From an uncultured Verrucomicrobiae bacterium (GTDB taxonomy: Bacteria; Verrucomicrobiota; Verrucomicrobiia; Limisphaerales; JAFGQR01): a stretch of 52,155 bases of DNA. The stretch covers positions 1-52,155 of the forward strand of contig CAWBHS010000021.1 in the NCBI GenBank assembly GCA_963788655.1, in the 5' to 3' direction. The position numbers were made by a program, and so were the translations under genes. Numbering within the stretch: position 1 is the first letter of the stretch; each line of letters starts with the position of its first letter. The notes under the pieces are model-generated. The model ran no database searches, was not told the origin of the DNA, and was given only the letters and a program-made list of their open reading frames with translations. Below are positions 10,306-19,738 of the stretch, piece by piece.

Positions 10306-11419
10306 ATGCAACGTATCTGGGCCATCATTGAACGGGATCTGCGGCGCTTCCGGCGCAGCCCGACCTTGATCATCGTCTCGATGGTCTTGCCCCTGGTGCA
10401 ACTGGTCGTGCTGGGCTATGCGTTTGGCGGCAAGGTTCGCAATCTGCAAGTCGGCGTCGTCGATCAGGATCACGGCCTGCCCGCCATTAAGCTCAAGGAA
10501 ATGTTCCAGGCGGTGGCGGCCAATGCCCGCACGTTTGAACCGATTGCCTACAGTGACGAGGGGGCGGCGTTGCGGGATTTGCGCAACGGCAAGATCAGCG
10601 GAGTCCTCACCATTCCGCCGCAGTTCTCCCGCAAAGTGCTGGCGGGCGCGAACCCGCGCATCGCGCTGATCGAAGACAACACTGACCAGTTCTCCTCGTC
10701 CGCGCTCGAAGGCGTGTTGAAGCAGATGCTGGTGCCATACAATCGCAAGGCGCCGCCGCCGCGCACGACGGCGGACGCCATGCTCTCGGTCGTCGAAATT
10801 TATCCTTACGTGCCCTACATCCAGTATTTGCTGCCGGGTACCATTTCACTGGCGATTTTCGTTTCGGCCATGATCGGCGGTGGCATCATCTTCATCGATG
10901 ACAAAGCGCGAGGGCTGCACGAAGGCTACCTGGTAACGCCGATCAGCAAATTCGAACTGATCATGGGTTTCAACCTGGCCGGCGCGGCCAAGTCCATCAT
11001 TGCCGGCGTGGTCCTGATCACCTTCGGCTCGCTCATCGCCGGAATTCCGGACCCGTTCAATCTGGCGCGGATGGCGCGGATGCTGGTGCTGGTGGTGGCG
11101 ACGGCGTTGGCGCTGATCAGTATGATGTTCCTGCTGATGGTGCGGGTGAGCGATCCGCTGGTGCCCCGCGCGATCTTCGGTGTGCTCAACACGGTGTCTG
11201 TTTTTCCCCAGCGGCGCGGTCTATCCCACGCAAGCTTTTCCCACCTGGATGAAAGTCATCACGGTCATTGACCCGTTCACCTACGCGGTACACGGCTTCA
11301 AGGCGCTCGTCCTGAAGAACACCGGCTTGGTGGCGATCCTGCCGGACCTGGCGTTTCTAATCGGATTCTCCGTCGTGGCGATGGGGGCGGCGACGTTGTT
11401 GTTTCGGCGGACGTTGTGA
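10306..11419 (+). CDS. ABC-2 type transporter permease (apparent frameshift near 11195)
   Basis: TM segments and YIQYLLPG. The C-terminal FPSGAVYP…DPFTYAVHGFK continues in the 11180..11419 frame. Confidence 0.88.
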
Positions 11420-11420
11420 G
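11312..11420 (+). repeat. Direct repeat copy 1 (3' end of permease gene)
   Basis: ctgaagaacaccggc…gcggcgacgttgttgtttcggcggacgttgtgag recurs at 12042-12149. Confidence 0.9.
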
Positions 11421-11458
11421 ACGCAATTATTCAGTAAGAGGACCAGTGACGGGACAGC

Positions 11459-11758
11459 TCATTTGCCGCCGGTAGGGCCGCGTAAAATTTCTGCGAACAA
11501 CTCGTACACCACGGCGCGCTGTTCGACGAAAACGCAACGGGCGACGCGTTGGCCTCCTTGGGCAAAAAAACGAACGATGATCCGGTACCCGCCAACGCGC
11601 AGCCGGGTATAACCAGCCAAGTCCGCTTCCAGTTGTTTTATGTCTCCCTTGTCCTGCTCCAGACCGCGAAGTCCCTCGCGCACATGCTTCCTTGGATCGG
11701 GCGCCAGCGCACGAACGAAGTCGGCGACCTGCGGATCAAGTTCGACCTTAATCTTCAT
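11459..11758 (-). CDS. RelE/ParE-superfamily type II toxin
   Basis: 99 aa; GDIKQLEADLAGYTRLRVGGYRII is a RelE-like motif; overlaps the end of the upstream antitoxin. Confidence 0.8.
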   Translation of the reverse strand: MKIKVELDPQVADFVRALAPDPRKHVREGLRGLEQDKGDIKQLEADLAGYTRLRVGGYRIIVRFFAQGGQRVARCVFVEQRAVVYELFAEILRGPTGGK

Positions 11759-11990
11759 CGAGGACGGAAAGCGGCAGGTACTTGCCCTTGCCGGATTGGT
11801 CCCGGCGGATGGCTTTCATGGCTTCCGGATTGGACATGATTTCCATCGTCTCGAGCAGTGCTTCCATCCGCTCTCGTGGCACGAGGAATGCCACCGTCTC
11901 GTCATCCTGACGGAGCGAAACCGTCTGCTTGCTACGCACGAGCTTGGGCAGCCGGATTTGAGCCTCTTTGAGGTCGAAACTCGTTTTCAC
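11748..11990 (-). CDS. Phd/YefM-family antitoxin
   Basis: 80 aa; EAQIRLPKLV…VAFLV…EALLETMEIMSNPEAMKAIRR; directly upstream of the toxin. Confidence 0.8.
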   Translation of the reverse strand: MKTSFDLKEAQIRLPKLVRSKQTVSLRQDDETVAFLVPRERMEALLETMEIMSNPEAMKAIRRDQSGKGKYLPLSVLDED

Positions 11991-12041
11991 AAGGCATGTG
12001 TAACATCAAGACCGAACGGTTGCAATGAGCGCTTTTCGCTA

Positions 12042-12149
12042 CTGAAGAACACCGGCTGGTGGCGGCACTCCTGGACTTGGCGCTCTTGATTGGAATCTCG
12101 GTGATGGCGATGGGCGCGGCGACGTTGTTGTTTCGGCGGACGTTGTGAG
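12042..12149 (+). repeat. Direct repeat copy 2 (diverged, non-coding duplicate of the permease 3' end)
   Basis: The ~34-nt 3' part is identical to copy 1; the middle carries substitutions and a 1-nt indel. Confidence 0.9.
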
Positions 12150-12446
12150 CGTCAGTTGGGTAATTTCCCTCGGTCCATCGCGGATGGCCTGATTTCATTC
12201 AAACGCCTCATCGCCCGGCTCCAATTGACTAGCACGCCATCAGCGATGAGGCCGAACGACAGCGCCAGCAACGCGCCCGAGAGAAACCAAACCGGCGCCA
12301 TCGTGCTGAAGAACGCAATGAACGCAAACCCGAGAATGCACAATAAACCAAGAGTCACTTCGGTAAGACCTCTCTTTAGTTACTGTCCGGCGGTCACCTT
12401 CATGTGCTCAACAAACGCACGGTAGTCGCGCTCCGAATCCCATCGA

Positions 12447-12824
12447 GTGCGCGTGCCACAAGCTGCACAGTGCGGCTGCGGGCTCATGGTCGGGCGAAAG
12501 CAGACTGTCGCGAAAGCAGACTGGACAGCAACCATTGTGGTGTGTGGCGATCTCGAGGCCGCCCACGACCGGCAACTGAGTTATCTGCTCCAGGATTGTT
12601 CCGCCGCGATTGAAAACCTGCTCCTGGCAGCGCAGGCTCTGGATTTGGGGGCGTGCTGGCTGGGCATTCATCCGCGGGCCGACCGCATTGAAAACGTTTC
12701 GAAACTCCTGGCGCTGCCCGCGTCAGTTTTGCCTGTGGCGGGCATTGCCTTGGGCCGGCCGGGTGAGCAGAAAGAAGCCCGCACTCGATATAGCTCGGCC
12801 TACGTGCATCAGGAGCGCTGGTGA
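12447..12824 (+). pseudogene. 5'-truncated nitroreductase-family gene
   Basis: IVVCGD…QDCSAAIENLLLAAQALDLGACWLG…IALGRP…RY…VHQERW is the C-terminal half of a nitroreductase. The N-terminal RRS-x-R FMN-binding part is not visible upstream. Confidence 0.7.
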
Positions 12825-12839
12825 CGGGCCGGTTAAAGC

Positions 12840-13628
12840 TTGAATGCTGCGGTCGATTTTGAGGTCCAATGCTCCGTGAAGTGCGCTGCAAATAATTTTC
12901 CTTCCTCCCACCGCCAATGGCGGGCGGCCTTCACGTTGATCGAACTGTTGGTGGTGATCGCCATTATCGCTATTTTGGCCGCCATGCTGTTGCCTGCCCT
13001 GAGCAGTGCCAAGGAAATGGCCAAACGCACGGTTTGCATCAACAACGTCAAACAGATTAGCCTGGCCCACCAGATGTACGCCGACGACAACGACGGCCGG
13101 TTTTATCCCCGGGTTCGGGAATTCTGGATGACCGGATTACAGCCCTATTTCCAGGACTGGCGCGTGCTGGTTTGCCCGTCGGATTATCCGCCCTCCACGA
13201 CGCCGTACTGGCTGTCCACCGCCACGAATCGGCCCGATTACAGTTACCTCTTGAACGCCTGGAATGACTATTTTCTGACGGTCCTGACCTCGGACGATTA
13301 CGACAAAGTCTATATGCGCACCGAAAGCAAATGGGCGATGCCGGAGAACGTCGTTCACCAACCTTCGGAAACGATTCTCCTGGGTGAGAAACGCACCGGT
13401 TCGCCGCACGTCTATATGGATTTGACCCAAGGCTTCGGCAATGACTTTGAGGAAATCGAGCAGTCCCGTCATTCCACCGGACGCCCCAACTCGCACAGTG
13501 GCGGCTCGGTGTACGCCTTTTGCGATGGTGGCGCCCGCTATTTGCGCTTCGGGGAATCGATCACCCCAATCAACCTCTGGTCCGTTATGGATGTCTGGCG
13601 CACCAACACTTCGGCGGTCGGTCCTTGA
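12840..13628 (+). CDS. Prepilin-type N-terminal cleavage/methylation protein (H-X-DG C-terminal motif)
   Basis: [36 protein letters not shown] and RH…[12 protein letters not shown]. Start uncertain (TTG 12840 or GTG 12876). Confidence 0.9.
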   Translation: MNAAVDFEVQCSVKCAANNFPSSHRQWRAAFTLIELLVVIAIIAILAAMLLPALSSAKEMAKRTVCINNVKQISLAHQMYADDNDGRFYPRVREFWMTGLQPYFQDWRVLVCPSDYPPSTTPYWLSTATNRPDYSYLLNAWNDYFLTVLTSDDYDKVYMRTESKWAMPENVVHQPSETILLGEKRTGSPHVYMDLTQGFGNDFEEIEQSRHSTGRPNSHSGGSVYAFCDGGARYLRFGESITPINLWSVMDVWRTNTSAVGP

Positions 13629-13704
13629 TGGGCGCGGGGTTCGCTTGCGCTGACCAACAATCTAAACTTCCCTTTCCTGCCATCCGTCGCTTTGAATATC
13701 GCCG

Positions 13705-14679
13705 ATGAAAATTCCATTTTCGCCCTCGGTGTATGAACACGCCGCCCGGTTTGTGAACCGCTCACCTTGGGATGTTTCCCGCGATCCCGAACTGCTCTTC
13801 GCCGGCCATCGCGCTGCCTGGCAGGAATACCGGCACAGCCCAATTGTGGTGGGCATCGACATTTACAACCTGGAAGCCGAAGCCTACGGCGCCGGCATTT
13901 CCGTCCCCGGTGACAATGGGATTCCTGCCATTCACGAACCGCTGTTTCATGATCTCGACGCCGCGCTGGGTCTCGATCCTTTTGATCCGCAACGCGACGG
14001 ACGGATTGCCATGGTCATTGGCATCGGGCAACGTTTGAAAAAGGATTTGCCCGAGGCGGATGTTCGCATCCCGGTCGCCGGTCCGTTTTCCCTGGCGTTC
14101 AATTTGCATGGGATCAATCAGCTCTGTGAAGACGCGGCCTTGCGTCCGGACGACGTGGCCAGTTGGCTCATGCGGCTGGCGGAAAACCAACGGGTCTTCT
14201 GCCAGGCCGTGGCAGGGGCGGGGCTGGACGTGGCCTTTTTCGAGTCCGCGGCATCGCCGCCCATGCTGTCGCCGAAACAGTTTCACCACATTGAATTGCC
14301 GGCGCTTCGGCACGCGATGGCGGTGGCGGCTGAATGTGTCGGTCACCCGGTTCCTTGCATTATGGGGGGCGACACGTTTCGTGTCCTCGACGACATTCTG
14401 GCCACGGGAACCAACTACGTGGTGTGCAATGTGGAAACCGACCAACCGGCGTTTGTTGAGCGCGTCAGCCGGACGCACCCGCACGTCAAGGTGCGGGTCA
14501 ATATGGACGCGGGCATTGTGGCTTGCGATCAACCAGCGCGCATCTACCAGGAAATTGACCGTATTTTGGGCCTCGTCGCCGGCAAATCCAATTGCCTCAT
14601 GGGCACCGGTTGCCTGCCCCTGGAAACGCCGCCGGAGAATATTCGGTTAATTATGGAATACCTGGGGCGGGAGGAATGA
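13705..14679 (+). CDS. Uroporphyrinogen decarboxylase / MtaA-CmuA superfamily protein
   Basis: NLEAEAYGA, VAGPFSLA, FESAASPPMLSP and MGTGCLPLETPPENI motifs. Confidence 0.8.
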   Translation: MKIPFSPSVYEHAARFVNRSPWDVSRDPELLFAGHRAAWQEYRHSPIVVGIDIYNLEAEAYGAGISVPGDNGIPAIHEPLFHDLDAALGLDPFDPQRDGRIAMVIGIGQRLKKDLPEADVRIPVAGPFSLAFNLHGINQLCEDAALRPDDVASWLMRLAENQRVFCQAVAGAGLDVAFFESAASPPMLSPKQFHHIELPALRHAMAVAAECVGHPVPCIMGGDTFRVLDDILATGTNYVVCNVETDQPAFVERVSRTHPHVKVRVNMDAGIVACDQPARIYQEIDRILGLVAGKSNCLMGTGCLPLETPPENIRLIMEYLGREE

Positions 14680-14729
14680 CCAAGGACCAGTGACCAAGGA
14701 CCAAAGAAGGCCCAATGTCCAAGTGCCAA
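14677..14729 (+). repeat. Degenerate 7-bp tandem repeat (TGACCAA/GGACCAA) overlapping the stop codon
   Basis: tgaccaa ggaccag tgaccaa ggaccaa agaa ggcccaa tgtccaa gtgccaa. Confidence 0.7.
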
Positions 14730-14747
14730 CGCGGATTCGGTAAGCGT

Positions 14748-14858
14748 GCTGCCGGCGTCCCGCCGGCAGAAACGAATGCAAGCGCTCCGCCCGTAGTGTT
14801 CGAGCCCGCCTGACTTCGCTGCACCCGTTCCAAAACCGCCGGCAAGATGCCGGGCAGC
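14748..14858. repeat. Inverted REP-like pair between convergent genes
   Basis: gctgccggcgtcccgccggc (14748-14767) and its near reverse complement gccggcaagatgccgggcagc (14838-14858). Confidence 0.6.
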
Positions 14859-14872
14859 TCGTTGCGGCACCA

Positions 14873-16280
14873 TCAGGCCAGTTTCCAGCCGGGGCGATAA
14901 GTTCGCTGGATGAAGGGATCGGCAACCCGGCAGTTGCGGGCTTTCAGTTTCACCGGATCCCATTCCAGTTTCGTGCCCGCCCGAAAGGCGACATTGCCCA
15001 GATGATTGGCGATGGTCAGCGGGCCGGCGTACAGGAAATTGCACGTCGTCGGGGCCCCGGTCTTACAGGCGTAAATCCATTCCTGATGGTGGCCCTTGGA
15101 CTCCGGAATGAAGGGCTCGGGCGGTTTAAAGTCCTTGTATTGGTCTTCCGGCAGCAAGATGTGTTTGCCGTAATCAGAAAGCAGCATGCCCTTGGCTCCA
15201 ATGAAGAGCACCCCACTGCCCCACGCCGGGATCTTCTTTTCGGTGAGTAGTCCGGGCTTCATCGTGCCTTGATACCAGTGCAGCGTCACCGGTGGCATGT
15301 CGCCGCGGGCGCCGTAGGTGTAGCGGGCGTGCATGGATGCCGGCGCAATCTCCGGGTGCGGAGGAGGGCCTTCCGCTTCGATGGTGAGTGGATGATCAAG
15401 TTTCAACGCCCACCACGGCAAATCATTCCAGTGACTGCCGAGGTCGGACATCGTGCCATTGCCGAAATCCCACCAGCGATACCATTTGGGCCCGGGCCAA
15501 TACACTTCGTTGAAAGGACGGAACGGCGCGGGGCCAAGCCACAAATCCCAATCGAGTCCCGCCGGAACCGGCGACGAACCGGTCGGCCGTTCGCGGACGG
15601 AGACGATGTCCTTGTGGGCCTTGGCTTCTTCGTCAGCTCTGCCAGCCCCAGGCGCGTCCCACCCACACGTGCGCCTCATGCACTGGCCCGATGGCGCCGG
15701 ACTGGATTAATTCGACCACCCGCCGGAAATTGCTGCCCGCGTGAATCTGCGTGCCCATCTGGGTAGCGACCTTGGCTTTGCGCGTGGCCTTGATGATCAC
15801 CCCCGCTTCCCAAACGTCATGGGTCAACGGTTTTTCGCAATACACGTGCTTGCCCAATTGCAGCGCGGGGAGGGTGGCAAAGGGATGCGTGTGTTCGCAA
15901 GTGCTCACCACCACGGCGTCGAAATCCTTCGCGTCGTCAAACAGCCGGCGAAAGTCCGAATACTTCTTCGCTTGCGGGTAGCGTTGGGCGGCTTTGCTTA
16001 CCGCCGGTTCGTACACGTCGCAGAGCGCGACAATATTCTCACTGCGCACGCTGCCCAGGTTGGAGCCACCACGCCCGCCGGTACCGATGACGGCCAGATT
16101 GAGTTTTTCGTTCGGACCCAACGCGCGCGGTCGGCCATACGGAGTGGCGCAACCGGTGAACAAGGCGGGCATGCCCAGAGCCACCGCGCCGCCCGCGAGC
16201 AAGCTGGAACGGCTCAGGAATTGACGGCGATTAAACCGGGTCGGTTGAGTTGATGAATTGGGAGAAGTGGATTGTTTCAT
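14873..16280 (-). CDS. Tat-exported Gfo/Idh/MocA-family oxidoreductase (apparent frameshift near 15640)
   Basis: NRRQFL Tat motif, IGTGGRG and HVYCEKPL in the first [14 protein letters not shown]…DLGSHWND in the second. Confidence 0.9.
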
Positions 16281-16307
16281 AGGCGTTTGATTTTGTTGGG
16301 GCAGCGA

Positions 16308-17108
16308 TCAGGACGTAGAAACATCGAGCAAGCGCACGGCGTTTTTGCCGAAGATAAGCTGTTCCCGTTCCGCACCAAGCCGCAAGCCGCGCACTTGGGT
16401 GATGGTTTCCGCCTGGCCCATCCAGGGCGAATCGGTGCCGAACAGCATGTATTCCGGGGGATGATTGAGAATCATTTTGCGGGCGCGTTCCGGCCCGGCC
16501 CAGTCGATGGCGAACGAAAGGTCGATATAAAGTGGTTGACCGATCAACAGTCGTTCCACCTCGTCATAATCCTCCCACGCGCCCAGATGGGAGGCCACGA
16601 ATTTCAACCGAGGAAAGGCCTCAATCACCCGGCGGATGCGAACCGGATCGCATTTGCGAACCCGGGGAAAGGCGAGGTCAAATCCCGTGTGGCAGAGCAA
16701 AATAAGGCCATGTTCCTGCAGCGCGGAATAAAGGGGCCACAGGCGTTTCTCGTCGAGGTCAAACTCCTGGTAGTACGGATGCAGTTTGACCCCTTGGAAA
16801 CCCTGCTCATGAATTTGGCGCACTTGCTCGCCAGCGTTCGGATTGGCCGGATGAACCGACGGGAACGGGATGATCCGTTCTGTCGCGATTTTTTCAGACC
16901 ATTTCAGAATCGCATCGAACTGTTCGGGACGGGTGGCAATCGATGCGACCACGGACGCTTGAATACCCGCCTCGTCCATGGACCGCAACAACGATGACAC
17001 TTTGCCATCGAGGGCGGGTTTGACGTTGGCTTCTTGGGCGAGCTGTGGCACCGCCCGCTCGGCCAGTGCGTCGGGAAAGGCGTGCGTGTGAAAATCAATG
17101 ATCGTCAT
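16308..17108 (-). CDS. Amidohydrolase-2 family metallohydrolase
   Basis: IIDFHTH, GVKLHP, HTG, SHLG and LFGTDSPW motifs; ATG at 17108. Confidence 0.88.
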   Translation of the reverse strand: MTIIDFHTHAFPDALAERAVPQLAQEANVKPALDGKVSSLLRSMDEAGIQASVVASIATRPEQFDAILKWSEKIATERIIPFPSVHPANPNAGEQVRQIHEQGFQGVKLHPYYQEFDLDEKRLWPLYSALQEHGLILLCHTGFDLAFPRVRKCDPVRIRRVIEAFPRLKFVASHLGAWEDYDEVERLLIGQPLYIDLSFAIDWAGPERARKMILNHPPEYMLFGTDSPWMGQAETITQVRGLRLGAEREQLIFGKNAVRLLDVSTS

Positions 17109-17161
17109 CGTCGGCAGCCACAATAACTTGGCGGCAAGCTCTCCGGCAATGAAGTAGTTTA

Positions 17162-17433
17162 GAGCCTGTTTTAAAATTCGGCGCGGTCCTGTTTTCGCGG
17201 AAAAGGCCGGCTGGCGAGGCGCGACGAAGGAGCATACCCGCAGCGGTCTGTGACTGAGGAGCAACGAAGCCAGCCGGCCTTTTCAGCGAAAACCCGCAGG
17301 GCGGCGGGTCTTTTGAACGTGGGCTTCGTTGGCCCGATCCTTGCAGCCCACTGCGGGAATGCGCGGTCCTCGCCGCCTCGCCCGCGTCCAAAATCCCTCG
17401 CCGCAGGACCTCGCCCAATTTTAAAATAGGCTC
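17162..17433. mobile_element. 272-bp MITE with 17-bp terminal inverted repeats and TTA target-site duplication (IS5/PIF-Harbinger-like ends)
   Basis: TTA|GAGCCTGTTTTAAAATT … AATTTTAAAATAGGCTC|TTA (1 mismatch between TIRs); no transposase; internal hairpin. Confidence 0.85.
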
Positions 17434-17940
17434 TTAAAGGAAGCTTTGCTGCAATTTGACCGGGAAGCTGGAAGTGCCGGGCACCACTTGGCGGTTGGTT
17501 TCCAGAGCTTACAAACCACCTCGAGTGCGCGAAGTTTGCTCTCGCTTTATTTTCTTCGTCCCAGCGGTTTGCTGGCGCCTTCAATTTTCTTCCCGGCGAG
17601 TTTGGCGTCCTGCTCGTGTTGAGGTTCGGGGTGACGATTCCCTGATTTCCTGTCTTCGCTTGGAAAAGAAAGAGGACTCACACTCGCTACTTCACCCTTC
17701 TTGAAGAAACGTAAGTGAGTCTGACTTTTGATCACCATCCTGTACCCGAGGTTGCCGGCAAGCGGGATCAATCCGACTGCTGGCGCAACTTTTCCGCCAG
17801 AGGAACCTAATCTTGCGCCATCGTTTGAAGCGCCCGGTTTCGTTAGATGCCGGGCGATGGCGTCCCCCCAAATCGCATCGCCGCGCCAGCGACACCACAG
17901 TCCTGGAAGTCTGCGCCCCTGCTACAAGTCCACTCGCGGG

Positions 17941-18336
17941 CTATCTCCAATCCCAGCGACTGGGTGCATCGCCACGGGCAAACAGGCCACCGTCCCGTTG
18001 CAGCGTCCAGCCGGCCTTGGAGGCCGCCAAGGCAGCGCGTGCCTCAGCGTAGTGGAGTTTCGTCATGTACTTAGACGGATGCGCATTGAAATCGTCAAGG
18101 CACCCTTTGCAGCAGAGCTTGACTTCCTCCCCTTGGTAATCAAATGCATAGGCCTTGGCGGAGTCTTTGGGCAGCTTCTCGCCTGTGACCGCGCAAACTT
18201 TAAGGGTGTAAGGTTTGGCTTTGGTGCAGGCGCATTCCCCGGCTGATGACGAACTTGGGGCAGCCAGAACAAGCGTCAAGGCCAGCGCTCCTCCAGCGCC
18301 GACCACCAGTCTTCGAATCATATTGATCGTTTTCAT
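17941..18336 (-). CDS. Small secreted Cys-rich YHS/TRASH-like putative metal-binding protein
   Basis: Signal peptide; C-A-V-T-G-E-K-L…YQGEEVKLCCKGC…F…P-x-KY pattern. Confidence 0.7.
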   Translation of the reverse strand: MKTINMIRRLVVGAGGALALTLVLAAPSSSSAGECACTKAKPYTLKVCAVTGEKLPKDSAKAYAFDYQGEEVKLCCKGCLDDFNAHPSKYMTKLHYAEARAALAASKAGWTLQRDGGLFARGDAPSRWDWR

Positions 18337-18480
18337 AGGTTCCAATGCTTACGTACTGGTCTAAAGTGTAGTTAATCATTACCAATTTGCAAGCTAATAT
18401 TTACAGGCGCCCGCTGGCGGATGGTTCCACGGATTGTGATTGAATCTAAACTCCCCGAAATCATACGTTCCGTGGTACTT

Positions 18481-18750
18481 ATGACACGACAACAAGTGCT
18501 GGATCTTTACTTTGTGGACGCCCGCCACAAACTCATCGAATTGGGCGCCTTCATGGACCGGGTGGAACGTGCGGCCGGCGAAGCGGATTTCCGCCTCCAA
18601 GCCTTTCACACCGCGCTGACTGAACTCAGCCAAGCCGGCACCGACCATGCCCAGCGCATCTTGCAGTCCTTCAGCGACCCGACCACCGAGCCAATCCCCG
18701 CAGCCCCGGGGAAAGGCGCCTGCGGTGCCTGGAACAATGGAACGAGATGA
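18481..18750 (+). CDS. Small hypothetical protein upstream of the TatD-like gene
   Basis: Genome-typical codon usage; YFVDARHKLIELGAFMDRV…FSDPTTEPIPAAPGKGACGAW looks like a conserved small PVC protein (from recall, unverified). Confidence 0.6.
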   Translation: MTRQQVLDLYFVDARHKLIELGAFMDRVERAAGEADFRLQAFHTALTELSQAGTDHAQRILQSFSDPTTEPIPAAPGKGACGAWNNGTR

Positions 18751-18803
18751 TGATGGAATACCAAGGATTCATCTCTGAACCAGAAGACTAACCATTGATC
18801 TCT

Positions 18804-19607
18804 ATGCGTTTCCTCGAACCTCACGCACACATGGTCAGCCGGGTAACTGATGATTATATCGCGATGGCTGCGGCGGGTTGTGCGGCGATTTGCGAACCGG
18901 CCTTTTGGGCGGGCTTTGATCGCAGTTCGGCCCAGGGTTTTTACGATTACTTTTGCCAGCTCACCGACTACGAACCAAAGCGCGCCGCCCAATTCGGACT
19001 GGCCCATTTCTCCTGGTTGTGCATCAACCCAAAGGAAGCGGAAAACGTCCGGTTCGCCGAAGAAGTAGTGGCTCTCATTCCGCAGTTCATTGACCGGCCG
19101 AACGTGCTCGGAATTGGCGAGATTGGCCTGAACAAGAATTCCCGCAATGAATTGAAGGTCTTGGAAATGCACGTCGATCTGGCGGCCCGGCACAATCAAC
19201 TCATCCTCGTCCACACCCCGCACCTTGAAGACAAACTCAAGGGCACGCGCCTGACCCTGGACGTGCTGAAGAACGACCCGCGCATCAAGCCGGAACGTTG
19301 CATCATCGATCACGTGGAAGAGCACACGATCGAACGGGTGCTCGAGGCCGGTTTCTGGGCCGGGATGACCCTGTATCCGGGATCGAAATGCACCGCCACC
19401 CGGGCGGTGGACATGATCGAGCGGTATGGCACCGAGCGTCTCTGGATGAACAGCGCGTGCGACTGGGGAGTGAGCGTGCCGCTGGCGGTGCCTTATGCCG
19501 CGCTCGAAATGCGGCGGCGCGGACACTCCGCCGAGTTGATCGACCAGATGATTTACCAAAACCCTATTACGTTTCTAAGCCAGTGCCCCAAATTCAAGTT
19601 GGCCTGA
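18804..19607 (+). CDS. TatD-family hydrolase, EboB-like subfamily
   Basis: PHAHMVSRVTDDY…EPAFW, INPKEA, IGEIGL, VHTPH, IDHVEE and NSACDWGVS motifs. Confidence 0.8.
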   Translation: MRFLEPHAHMVSRVTDDYIAMAAAGCAAICEPAFWAGFDRSSAQGFYDYFCQLTDYEPKRAAQFGLAHFSWLCINPKEAENVRFAEEVVALIPQFIDRPNVLGIGEIGLNKNSRNELKVLEMHVDLAARHNQLILVHTPHLEDKLKGTRLTLDVLKNDPRIKPERCIIDHVEEHTIERVLEAGFWAGMTLYPGSKCTATRAVDMIERYGTERLWMNSACDWGVSVPLAVPYAALEMRRRGHSAELIDQMIYQNPITFLSQCPKFKLA

Positions 19608-19738
19608 GGGGAGAAACCAAGGTTGCTCGTTTCGGCAAGCAAACTTGGTTTTCAAACATGGCAACAATTCTGAAGCTGCCAAAAATCCTGACGCAATTTT
19701 CCTTAACCCGGAGGAGTTCCTGGTCCAGCGGCTTTCGT

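Noticed and set aside
9151..14729. CRISPR array in the short tandem repeats
   Set aside because: Units are 7-8 bp without unique spacers, and there are no cas genes.
17109..17264. N-terminal extension of the amidohydrolase
   Set aside because: It reads through the MITE. The family motif begins at MTIIDFHTH (17108).
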